Part shown: piece after piece, positions 37,058-45,325 of the stretch | Position numbering within the stretch: the first letter of the stretch is position 1 | How the letters are laid out: each line of letters begins with the position of its first letter | Assembly: GCA_049595235.1 (NCBI GenBank) | Contig: JBMYKI010000002.1 | Location: 1,691-65,690 of the forward strand | From: Flavobacteriaceae bacterium | Lineage (GTDB): Bacteria > Bacteroidota > Bacteroidia > Flavobacteriales > Flavobacteriaceae | Direction: 5' to 3' | Length of the DNA stretch: 64,000 nucleotides | The notes under the pieces: generated by a model | Seen by the model: only the letters and a program-made list of their open reading frames with translations | What the model was told of the DNA's origin: nothing | Databases searched by the model: none | Position numbers and translations under genes: made by a program

Positions 37058-38152
37058 ATGCGTGTAGCCGAAATCATAGCTGTTTTGGAATCATGGGCAC
37101 CTCTTGCCTATGCCGAGGATTTTGACAATGTGGGGTTGTTGGTAGGCGACAAAGACCAACAAGTCAGTGGTGTTATGATTACTCATGACTGTTTGGAAGA
37201 GGTCGTTAAAGAGGCGATCAGCAAGCAATGCAACTTCATAGTGTGTTTTCACCCCATACTATTTGAAGGTTTAAAGAAAATAAGTGGTGAAAGCCATGTC
37301 GAGAGAGCCATACGCACGGCAATAAAAAACGATATTTCGATCTACGCCCTACACACCGCCCTAGACAACCAACCCTATGGCGTGAGTTATGGATTGGCTT
37401 CCGCGCTCGAGTTGCAAAACACCCATGTGCTAATCCCAAAAAAAGGAACCCTCAAGAAATTGAACTTTTATGTGCCTGATGGCCAAGCCCAAAAGGTTCA
37501 GCAGGCGCTGTTTGATGTGGGTGCAGGACAGTTGGGTCACTATGACCAATGCAGTTTCGTGCATGAGGGAAAAGGAGGATTTAGACCACTCGAAAACAGC
37601 CAACCCCATTTGGGTGATAAAGGCATCCGACATCAAGAAACCGAAAAACAAGTACAATTGGTTTTTCAAGCACATTTGCAAAAAGATATCATTAAGACAC
37701 TTTTAGAAAATCATCCATATGAAGAAGTAGCATACGAGATCACAACCCTAGACAACGTGCATAGCCATTTGGGTATGGGCCTAATTGGCACACTCAAAAC
37801 CCCAATGACACCAAAAGCATTTTTAGAGGATGTGAAAACAAAATTAAGAACCCCTGTATTGCGCCACAGCATTCTTGGCAAATCAACTATCAAAAGTGTT
37901 GCTGTATTGGGTGGATCGGGCAGCTTTGCTGCTGACATCGCCAAAGCCAAAGGCGCCGATGCCTACATCACAGCCGACTTAAAATACCATGATTTTTTCA
38001 AAGGCAATGAGGCTTTTTTGTTGGTCGACGCTGGTCACTTTGAAACAGAGCAATTCACAAAAAAACTGATTGCTGAATATCTTATCAAAAAATTACCTAA
38101 TTTTGCAGTCCTTTTATCGGGGTTAGATACCAATCCAGTAAAATACTGCTAA
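37058..38152 (+). CDS. Nif3-like dinuclear metal centre protein (long form with inserted domain)
   Basis: DFDNVGLLVG and ITHDC...CFHP motifs, with C-terminal YITADLKYHDF. Confidence 0.85.
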   Translation: MRVAEIIAVLESWAPLAYAEDFDNVGLLVGDKDQQVSGVMITHDCLEEVVKEAISKQCNFIVCFHPILFEGLKKISGESHVERAIRTAIKNDISIYALHTALDNQPYGVSYGLASALELQNTHVLIPKKGTLKKLNFYVPDGQAQKVQQALFDVGAGQLGHYDQCSFVHEGKGGFRPLENSQPHLGDKGIRHQETEKQVQLVFQAHLQKDIIKTLLENHPYEEVAYEITTLDNVHSHLGMGLIGTLKTPMTPKAFLEDVKTKLRTPVLRHSILGKSTIKSVAVLGGSGSFAADIAKAKGADAYITADLKYHDFFKGNEAFLLVDAGHFETEQFTKKLIAEYLIKKLPNFAVLLSGLDTNPVKYC

Positions 38153-38154
38153 GC

Positions 38155-38934
38155 ATGGCTAAAAAAACTGAAATTTCTGTAGAAGAGCGTCTAAGAGCGC
38201 TATATGATTTGCAACTCATCGATGCACGCATCGATAAAATCCGTAGCGTTCGAGGGGAACTACCTCTTGAGGTTGAAGATTTGGAGGATGAAGTCGCCGG
38301 ACTTAACAAAAGAGTGGAAAACACAAATACAGAAATAAGCGCATACGAAGACGAAATCAAGGCTAAAAAGAACCTAATTGAATCTGCCAAAGAGATGATT
38401 AAAAAATACGGTGAGCAACAAAAAAATGTGCGCAACAACCGTGCCTATGAATCTCTTAATAAAGAAATTGAGTATCAGGAACTCGAAATCGAGTTGGCTG
38501 AAAAACAAATCAAACAACTCAAGGCGCTTATCGAACAAAAGAAAGAGGCACTTGCACAAACCGAAGAAAAATTGGAGGAGCGTCAAAATCACCTCAAGCA
38601 CAAAAAAGATGAGCTTGATGCCATCTTGGCTGAGACCCAGAAAGAAGAAGATTTGCTGCTTAAAAAATCGGCTGAATTTGAAAAAAAGGTCGAGGACCGT
38701 TTGGCAGCAGCATACAAAAGAATTCGCGGTTCTGTGCGTAATGGATTGGCGGTTGTGCCAGTAGAACGTGGTGCTTCGGCAGGTTCATTCTTTACCATCC
38801 CTCCCCAAGTGCAGCTTGAAATTGCTTCCAGAAAGAAGATCATTACCGATGAGCATAGCGGCCGTATTTTGGTGGATGCTGAACTTGCAAACGAAGAACG
38901 CGAGAAAATGGAAGCCCTGTTTACTAGCGCATAA
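38155..38934 (+). CDS. coiled-coil protein of the Nif3-associated zinc-ribbon (DUF164-type) family, with a Cys-less tail
   Basis: Long K/E-rich coiled coil followed by GLAVVPVERGASAGSFFTIPPQ...ITDEHSGRILV. Its position after nif3 is conserved synteny. Confidence 0.65.
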   Translation: MAKKTEISVEERLRALYDLQLIDARIDKIRSVRGELPLEVEDLEDEVAGLNKRVENTNTEISAYEDEIKAKKNLIESAKEMIKKYGEQQKNVRNNRAYESLNKEIEYQELEIELAEKQIKQLKALIEQKKEALAQTEEKLEERQNHLKHKKDELDAILAETQKEEDLLLKKSAEFEKKVEDRLAAAYKRIRGSVRNGLAVVPVERGASAGSFFTIPPQVQLEIASRKKIITDEHSGRILVDAELANEEREKMEALFTSA

Positions 38935-38983
38935 ACAGTATCATTTTTTTGTTATAAAAATCACACAAAAACAATCTTTTTGT

Positions 38984-38991
38984 TACATTTG
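38984..38991 (+). promoter_or_regulatory. -7 box TACATTTG for pckA
   Basis: Perfect TAnnTTTG, 51 nt upstream of the ATG at 39043. Confidence 0.35.
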
Positions 38992-39042
38992 ATTGGTAAT
39001 CTCATTTGCGTGTTCTCACGTACATGAAGAAAATGCCAGCCT

Positions 39043-40647
39043 ATGCCTCGTACTGTTCCCATCCAAATTTCGAATACTCGAAATAGCGAACAAACCCTAC
39101 ACACCTACCACCAACTTTCCGAAAATGAGCTTGTCGATTATGCACTGCAACATGAAAATGCCCAAAGCGCTAACAACGGAGCTTTGGCAGTTCGGACTGG
39201 AAATTTCACAGGGCGTTCTCCTGAGGACAGATTCATAGTTCACGACCAAATTACAGAACATGACATTTGGTGGGGGGACATCAACAAACCATTTGACTCC
39301 AAAGATTTTGACCGACTCTTTGATAAGATGATGGTTTATATAAAAACCAAAACGATGTTTAGCCGTGATGTGTTTGCTTGTGCAGATTCAAGATACAGAT
39401 TATCGATTCGTGTATTGACCGAGTTTGCTTGGTCCAACTTATTTGTGCGCAATATGTTTATTCAGCCCAGTCAAGAAGCGCTAAAATCGTTTTCCTACGA
39501 CTGGTTGGTATTGAATGTACCCTCGTTTGAAGCCAATCCAGATGAAGTTCACACAAGGCAAAAAAATTTCACCATCATCAATTTCACCCAAAAAATCATA
39601 CTTATAGGAGGAAGTGGCTACACAGGGGAGATTAAAAAATCTGTTTTTTCCGTTCTCAATTTTACCCTTCCGACCCAGCATGCGGTATTGCCGATGCATT
39701 GTTCTGCCAACTATGGTTCAGACGGGTCCTCTGCCCTATTCTTTGGCTTGTCAGGTACTGGGAAAACGACACTATCGGCCGACCCCATGCGCGCATTGAT
39801 TGGAGATGATGAGCATGGTTGGACGCCAGACAACAAGGTCTTCAATTTTGAAGGGGGTTGTTATGCCAAAGTCATCAAGTTGTCTGCAGAGAAAGAGCCT
39901 GATATATTTTCAGCCATAAAAAAAGGGGCTATGCTTGAAAACGTAGTGATGGACAACCATGGAAAGGTAGATTATTTCGATGACTCCATTACTCAAAATA
40001 CACGTGTAAGTTATCCTTTGAGCCATATCAAAAACACCAAAAAACCTTCAATTGGAGACCATACGCGCAATGTGTTTTTTCTAACTGCAGATGCTTTTGG
40101 TGTGTTGCCTCCCATAAGCAAATTAACCCCCGAACAGGCAGCCTATCATTTTATTTCAGGCTACACCGCCAAGGTTGCTGGGACTGAAGAAGGTGTCATC
40201 GAGCCTGTTCCTTCTTTCTCCGCATGTTTCGGCGCACCATTTATGCCTTTGCACCCCGTCAAGTACGCAGATATGCTGGCAAGAAAAATGAGGTCGAACG
40301 AAGTCGATGTATGGCTGATAAATACAGGATGGACAGGAGGCCCCTACGGAGTGGGTCATCGTATTGCCCTGAATTACACACGTGCGATGATACAGGCAGC
40401 GCTTTCAGGCGTGCTGGGTCAATACGAATACAAAACCTATCACATACATTCTGTTTTTGGGGTGGCTCAGCCTCGTTCATGTCCAGGTGTTCCAGAATCT
40501 GTACTTAGCCCCAGACAAACATGGAACAACGATGAAGCCTACTACAAACAGGCCTTCAGATTGGCAAAAACTTTTCGAGAGAATTTTAAAAATTTTGAAG
40601 CCATGGCCTCAAAAGAAATCCTATTGGCAGCTCCTAAAGTCAGTTAA
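39043..40647 (+). CDS. pckA: phosphoenolpyruvate carboxykinase (ATP)
   Basis: GRSPEDRF, GLSGTGKTTLS and GDDEHGW motifs. Confidence 0.95.
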   Translation: MPRTVPIQISNTRNSEQTLHTYHQLSENELVDYALQHENAQSANNGALAVRTGNFTGRSPEDRFIVHDQITEHDIWWGDINKPFDSKDFDRLFDKMMVYIKTKTMFSRDVFACADSRYRLSIRVLTEFAWSNLFVRNMFIQPSQEALKSFSYDWLVLNVPSFEANPDEVHTRQKNFTIINFTQKIILIGGSGYTGEIKKSVFSVLNFTLPTQHAVLPMHCSANYGSDGSSALFFGLSGTGKTTLSADPMRALIGDDEHGWTPDNKVFNFEGGCYAKVIKLSAEKEPDIFSAIKKGAMLENVVMDNHGKVDYFDDSITQNTRVSYPLSHIKNTKKPSIGDHTRNVFFLTADAFGVLPPISKLTPEQAAYHFISGYTAKVAGTEEGVIEPVPSFSACFGAPFMPLHPVKYADMLARKMRSNEVDVWLINTGWTGGPYGVGHRIALNYTRAMIQAALSGVLGQYEYKTYHIHSVFGVAQPRSCPGVPESVLSPRQTWNNDEAYYKQAFRLAKTFRENFKNFEAMASKEILLAAPKVS

Positions 40648-41822
40648 ATCTTCTCTAACATAAGTGCAGACCCACCTCCACCACCATTGCAAATGGATGC
40701 CAACCCTGTACGGAGATTCTTTTGATGTAATGCATGAATAAGTGTGGTTACAATCCGTGCGCCCGAAACACCAATCGGATGCCCCAAAGAAACGCCACCC
40801 CCATGAATATTGATCACATCTTGAGAAATACCACATGCATTGACAAAGGCCAGAGGGACCATAGAAAAAGCCTCATTGACTTCAAACAAGTCGATTTGGG
40901 AGGTTGTTTTGGCTTGTTGATGCATGAGTTTTTGAGCCGCCTTAATTGGAGCAAGTGTAAATTGCTCAGGCGCTAAGGCTGCATCGCTATAATCGATGAG
41001 ACGCGCCAAGGGCTGTAGTCCCATTTTATGAACATAACCCTCTCCTGCCAACACCAAAGCTGCAGCGCCATCATTGATAGTGGATGCATTGGCAGCTGTT
41101 GCTGTTCCATCTGGGCTAAAAGCGGGACGTAATTGTGGTATTTTTTCAAAATTGACTTTTTTGTATTCCTCGTCCTGACGAATTACCAAATCATCCCCTT
41201 TGCGCTGTGGTACGTGGACAGGGGTTATTTCAGAAGCAAAAGCACCTGATTCTGTAGCCAATCGTGCCCGCTCATATGACTGTATCGCATAAGCGTCCTG
41301 ATCCTCTCGGCTGATACTTTCTTGTTTAGAAACCGCATCTGCAAGAACGCCCATAGCTACTTGATCAAACGCATCTGTAAGTCCATCTTTGGTCAAGCCG
41401 TCAACCAATGAAGCATCACCGTATTTTCTACCCCAACGCTGATGAGGGGCGTAGTAAGGAATGTTGGACATACTCTCCATGCCGCCACAAACCACCACAT
41501 CATTGATACCCAACTGTATGGATTGCGCACCTAGCATCAGAGCTTTCATGCCCGAAGCACACACTTTATTGACCGTGGTAGCTGGTACGCCATCAGAAAT
41601 TCCCGCAGCCAATGCTGCCTGTCGCGCAGGGGCCTGTCCTAAATTTGCCTGACACACGTTGCCCATATAGACTTCTTGAACATCACCAGTCACAATTCCT
41701 GATGCATCAAGTGCTGCCTCAATGGCCACAGTGCCCAATTCAACAGCTGTAAGGGAAGACAACACACCTCCAAAACTACCCTGAGGGGTGCGTTTGGCTG
41801 ATAAAACAAATACGCTTTCCAT
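40644..41822 (-). CDS. acetyl-CoA C-acetyltransferase (thiolase)
   Basis: VNKVCASGMKA active-site Cys and C-terminal NGGGGGSA. I prefer the ATG at 41822 (MESVFVLSAKRTP) because it avoids overlap with the upstream gene. Confidence 0.9.
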   Translation of the reverse strand: MESVFVLSAKRTPQGSFGGVLSSLTAVELGTVAIEAALDASGIVTGDVQEVYMGNVCQANLGQAPARQAALAAGISDGVPATTVNKVCASGMKALMLGAQSIQLGINDVVVCGGMESMSNIPYYAPHQRWGRKYGDASLVDGLTKDGLTDAFDQVAMGVLADAVSKQESISREDQDAYAIQSYERARLATESGAFASEITPVHVPQRKGDDLVIRQDEEYKKVNFEKIPQLRPAFSPDGTATAANASTINDGAAALVLAGEGYVHKMGLQPLARLIDYSDAALAPEQFTLAPIKAAQKLMHQQAKTTSQIDLFEVNEAFSMVPLAFVNACGISQDVINIHGGGVSLGHPIGVSGARIVTTLIHALHQKNLRTGLASICNGGGGGSALMLEKI

Positions 41823-41838
41823 AATCTTAGTGTTAAAA

Positions 41839-43719
41839 TTAAATTGAGAGGGTTTTGGCATAATCGGAAAACCAAACTATAGAATTGGGATTCCTTAATG
41901 AATCTATACTAAGTACTTCCTCCACAGGCCTGCCCATCAAAATATGTTTTATTGGAACCTCCAGTTTTTTTCCGCTTATGGTATATGGGATGTTAGGAAC
42001 CTCCACCACCAGATCGGGCACATGGCGTGGCGAACATTGACTTCGAATCCAGTTTTTAATACTAGCTACATCTACATCCACTTCAGCTTTAATAAACAAC
42101 AACAATCGCTCATTTTCATTGTTGACCAAATGAATCACCAAGCTATCGTCAATATCCTTTAGTAAAGATAGCGCATTATATATCTCTGATGTGCCAATCC
42201 GCACTCCGTAACGGTTGAGGGTAGCATCGGAACGTCCATGAATCACAATGCCGCCGTTCGGGGTTTCGGTAGCCCAATCACCGTGATGCCAGACATCTCC
42301 AAATTTTGAAAAATAACTTTTTTTATATTTCGAGAACCTCTTATCTCCCCACAAATACAAAGGCATAGAAATAAATGGTGCCGTGAGCACCAACTCTCCT
42401 GCTGATCCAATTTGTGCATGTCCATGATCGTCCCAAATGGCCACTGGCGCACCAAGCATTTTACATTGAATTTCTCCAGGCACCACTTCCAGTTCGGGAT
42501 GCCCCCCCACAAAGGCTGTGCACACATCGGTGCCCCCGCTAAGTGAAATGACATGAGTGTTGGGAAAACATTTTTGCAAGGCCTGGCAAACTGAAGCTGA
42601 GAGGGGTGAACCCGTAGCACCCAAAGTTCTCAATGTGGGAAGAATCGTGCTGGCAATACCATCATGATGATGTTCTACTTGGTTTTGATAATACACAGCA
42701 CCATGACCAAAGTGGTCGATTTGCGCCTTCTGCGCAAAGAGCCATAATACATTTGGGTCAGGGAAAATGGGCCCCCCATTGTACAAACAAAGGGTAGCAC
42801 CACACAGCAGGCTGCTCAGTGCGTAATTCCACATCATCCAACCCGTGGTGGTGTGCCAAAAATAACGTTCCCCCACATGAACGTCTTGATGTATGGCCAA
42901 GGCTTTTAGGTGTTCCAATATCATAGCACCAGTACTATGGGTAATGGCCTTGGGCTTGCCTGTAGTCCCCGATGAGAAAAGCACCCAAATGGGATGTGAA
43001 AAATCCACGGATTCTATGTGTAGTTCAGAGATATTGGAAGGTTTTTCATTAAATTCAGCATATCCTCCCAAATCTAATAACTGTAGGGGTTGTGGCAGTC
43101 GACCGACTAAAAGATCTACTTTGTCTTTAATATCATATGACTTGCCATTGTAATGATAATCCATATGTGCCCACAACATTTTGGGCCTCAAAGGCTCAAA
43201 ACGATCACATACCGCTTCAACACCAAAGTCAGGCGAACAAGAAGACCATATGGCACCCAAACTATTCGTAGCCAAAAAAGCAGCTACAGCCTCGGGTGTG
43301 TTGGCACAAAAAGCAGCCACACAATCGCCTTTACCCACCCCGTGTTGGCGCAATAGTTTTTGAAAAGCAACCACTTTTGACAAAAGTGCGGCCCAACTGA
43401 TTTCGGTATAGGGATGGTTCTCGGCTTGATAGATAAGCGCTGGGCGGACATCACTATATTGTTTAAAAACATGATAGGTATAACTGATCTTGGATTTTGA
43501 AAACCATTTCGTTTTCCAAAAAGGACGTGCAGGCACCACAGCCTTGTCGTAGGGCTCATCAAAAGTCACATTAAAAAAGGTAGCGATACTTTGCCAAAAG
43601 TCAGAGGGATAATCAATACTCCACTTATGACACTGGGCATGGTCAATAAAACTAAGGTGATACTCGCTTTGTAAGTGTATTAGAAAACGATTGTAATTTG
43701 ATATGGGGATTCTGCGCAT
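41839..43719 (-). CDS. acetoacetate--CoA ligase (acetoacetyl-CoA synthetase)
   Basis: AMP-forming ligase motifs (FSSGTTGKPK) and AACS-like length. The start is ATG at 43719 or TTG at 43728. Confidence 0.8.
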   Translation of the reverse strand: MRRIPISNYNRFLIHLQSEYHLSFIDHAQCHKWSIDYPSDFWQSIATFFNVTFDEPYDKAVVPARPFWKTKWFSKSKISYTYHVFKQYSDVRPALIYQAENHPYTEISWAALLSKVVAFQKLLRQHGVGKGDCVAAFCANTPEAVAAFLATNSLGAIWSSCSPDFGVEAVCDRFEPLRPKMLWAHMDYHYNGKSYDIKDKVDLLVGRLPQPLQLLDLGGYAEFNEKPSNISELHIESVDFSHPIWVLFSSGTTGKPKAITHSTGAMILEHLKALAIHQDVHVGERYFWHTTTGWMMWNYALSSLLCGATLCLYNGGPIFPDPNVLWLFAQKAQIDHFGHGAVYYQNQVEHHHDGIASTILPTLRTLGATGSPLSASVCQALQKCFPNTHVISLSGGTDVCTAFVGGHPELEVVPGEIQCKMLGAPVAIWDDHGHAQIGSAGELVLTAPFISMPLYLWGDKRFSKYKKSYFSKFGDVWHHGDWATETPNGGIVIHGRSDATLNRYGVRIGTSEIYNALSLLKDIDDSLVIHLVNNENERLLLFIKAEVDVDVASIKNWIRSQCSPRHVPDLVVEVPNIPYTISGKKLEVPIKHILMGRPVEEVLSIDSLRNPNSIVWFSDYAKTLSI

Positions 43720-43795
43720 AGGTTTCAAGTTATAAAAACCTGTTGATATAACATATAGTTTTTATAATTTTAGGCTACAAATCTTTCACAACACG

Positions 43796-44077
43796 ATGGC
43801 AAAAGGCTTATTGATCTTACTTGTTGTCTTTGCCATAATTGGCATCATCCACATCGTTATGCTTAGACTTATAAACGCACCCGAGCAGAAAAAACAAAAA
43901 ATCAGAAACGTATTCTGGTACATGTACGGATTGGTATTCTCAATCAGCGGATTTGTCAATCTACTTCCATTCAACACTTTTAATGGGGGTTTTGATTGGT
44001 TGCATGTAGCGCAAATGGGCTTTGGAATAGGAATAATCGTTTTTAATTTTCTTGGTAAAATAGACGTAAAGTCATAA
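43796..44077 (+). CDS. hypothetical 93-aa membrane protein
   Basis: ORF with three predicted TM helices and no recognisable family. Confidence 0.4.
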   Translation: MAKGLLILLVVFAIIGIIHIVMLRLINAPEQKKQKIRNVFWYMYGLVFSISGFVNLLPFNTFNGGFDWLHVAQMGFGIGIIVFNFLGKIDVKS

Positions 44078-44127
44078 TTAGCCTACATTTTATGTAACCT
44101 TTACGTGTCATATTGATTAATTTTTGT

Positions 44128-44135
44128 TAAGTTTG
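44128..44135 (+). promoter_or_regulatory. -7 box TAAGTTTG for the membrane-protein/XRE pair
   Basis: Perfect TAnnTTTG, 22 nt upstream of the ATG at 44158. Confidence 0.35.
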
Positions 44136-44157
44136 CGTTACATTAAAACCAAATATC

Positions 44158-44553
44158 ATGAATGAAAATATTGTAATTCCTGTTTTAGGAATATTAACCG
44201 GCATCGTAGTTCCGTTAGGTGTATTTGTATGGCTTTACTATGAAGGCAAAGGAAAAAGAGAAACGGTGCTAGAAATCTCAAAAAATCTGGATGACCCCAC
44301 AAAACTGGAGGAGCTATTGAAAATTTTTGAAGAGCGAAAAAAAGAACCCTTGGATTATCGCAGAAATGGAGTCATCACACTGTTTGTGGGTATCGGGCTT
44401 TGGCTTCTTGGATATGTAGCATTGGGCCATGTCTTAAAGGGCGTAGGGCTTTTGGTGGGTGCCATTGGGTTGGGAACTTTGATAGCGGGTTACCTCTATC
44501 CAAATACGGGCAAAGAGTTGACAGATGCCGTAGAGGAGTTTGAAAAAAAATAA
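44158..44553 (+). CDS. hypothetical 131-aa membrane protein (TM, charged helix, two TM)
   Basis: Hydrophobic N-terminus, an acidic/basic middle (LDDPTKLEELLKIFEERKKE), and two C-terminal Gly-rich TM helices. Confidence 0.45.
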   Translation: MNENIVIPVLGILTGIVVPLGVFVWLYYEGKGKRETVLEISKNLDDPTKLEELLKIFEERKKEPLDYRRNGVITLFVGIGLWLLGYVALGHVLKGVGLLVGAIGLGTLIAGYLYPNTGKELTDAVEEFEKK

Positions 44554-44555
44554 CC

Positions 44556-44774
44556 TTGGGAAGAAATCACAAAAAACTCATTAATAATCTCGAGGAATTG
44601 AGGAAATCTGCTGGTCTGACTCAGCAGGAACTCTCCCAACATGCCGGCGTTTCAAGAAAAAGCATAAACGCCATCGAAAATGGCATTTATATTCCATCAA
44701 CCGTTTTGGCTTTAAAAATGGCAAAAACACTCAAATGCAAAGTTGAGGATATTTTTAAACTCCCGTTACAGTAA
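44556..44774 (+). CDS. XRE-family helix-turn-helix transcriptional regulator (72 aa)
   Basis: LTQQELSQHAGVSRKSINAIENG HTH core. TTG start 2 nt after the upstream stop. Confidence 0.75.
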   Translation: MGRNHKKLINNLEELRKSAGLTQQELSQHAGVSRKSINAIENGIYIPSTVLALKMAKTLKCKVEDIFKLPLQ

Positions 44775-44816
44775 AAAAATGTATATCATCGAAAAAGAAA
44801 CACAACCAATATCCAA

Positions 44817-45017
44817 ATGACCATGATTTGTATAAAAACGAGCATTCCCCAAGAAATATGTGATATCGATGACGAGCTAAAAGCCATTTACCACAGCAGT
44901 GACAGCATTTGTATATGGGTTTTTAAATCGAGAATGGAGAGGAATCAATTTATGGATGAGACCATTGGAATGCTCAAAAAAGAGCGCGAAGATCATTACC
45001 TAGCAAACTATAAATAA
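44817..45017 (+). CDS. hypothetical 66-aa protein
   Basis: ORF only, with no recognisable motif. Followed by a bulged hairpin at 45021-45040. Confidence 0.3.
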   Translation: MTMICIKTSIPQEICDIDDELKAIYHSSDSICIWVFKSRMERNQFMDETIGMLKKEREDHYLANYK

Positions 45018-45052
45018 AAACCCGAATGCGATGCATTGGGATTGTGATTGAT

Positions 45053-45069
45053 GTGGGCGCGAAGGGATT
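45053..45069. repeat. 17-nt exact copy of the tRNA-Val 3' end (att-like direct repeat)
   Basis: GTGGGCGCGAAGGGATT at 45053-45069 is identical to 45205-45221, which covers the T-arm 3' half, the acceptor 3' strand, the discriminator and CC of the tRNA. Confidence 0.6.
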
Positions 45070-45136
45070 AACTTTCAGTTTTTCCCAAAAAAATTTGTCT
45101 GACAAACGCCCTGCTTTTACCTGCGGTAAATAGGTC

Positions 45137-45180
45137 AAAAAAAAAATCTGCTCAAGCAAGCTTGGCAGATTTTGTTGTTT
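45137..45180. terminator. bidirectional intrinsic terminator downstream of tRNA-Val
   Basis: A10 tract, then hairpin ATCTGCTCAAGC/GCTTGGCAGAT, then TTTTGTTGTTTT. Read on the minus strand it follows the tRNA 3' end. Confidence 0.6.
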
Positions 45181-45202
45181 TGCCCTCTCATGTTAGGGCA
45201 TT

Positions 45203-45280
45203 TGGTGGGCGCGAAGGGATTCGAACCCCTGACCCCTTGGGTGTAAACCAAGTGCTCTGAACCAACTGAGCTACGCGCCC
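45203..45280 (-). tRNA. tRNA-Val (anticodon UAC), CCA encoded
   Basis: Manual fold of GGGCGCG-TA-GCTC-AGTTGGTTCA-GAGC-A-CTTGG-TTTACAC-CCAAG-GGGTC-AGGGG-TTCGAAT-CCCTT-CGCGCCC-A-CCA. Confidence 0.9.
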
Positions 45281-45325
45281 GGCGGGTGCAAAGATAATTC
45301 CTTTTTTGGAACAACAAAGGGATTT

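Noticed and set aside
38097-38992. Multiple overlapping ORFs on both strands within the coiled-coil gene (38097-38438, 38374-38601, 38411-38764, 38589-38843, 38768-38992).
   Set aside because: They are artefacts of the GAA/AAA-rich repetitive coding sequence of the K/E-rich coiled coil. Only the 38155-38934 frame has the conserved tail and the synteny with nif3.
39024-39086. A 20-codon uORF (MKKMPAYASYCSHPNFEYSK) overlapping the pckA start in another frame.
   Set aside because: It has no amino-acid bias that would suggest a regulatory leader, and no terminator or alternative structure. It is probably fortuitous.
45135-45317. A 60-aa minus-strand ORF, and the 44974-45159 ORF.
   Set aside because: They are read straight through tRNA-Val and its terminator. 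The tRNA cloverleaf explains the sequence.
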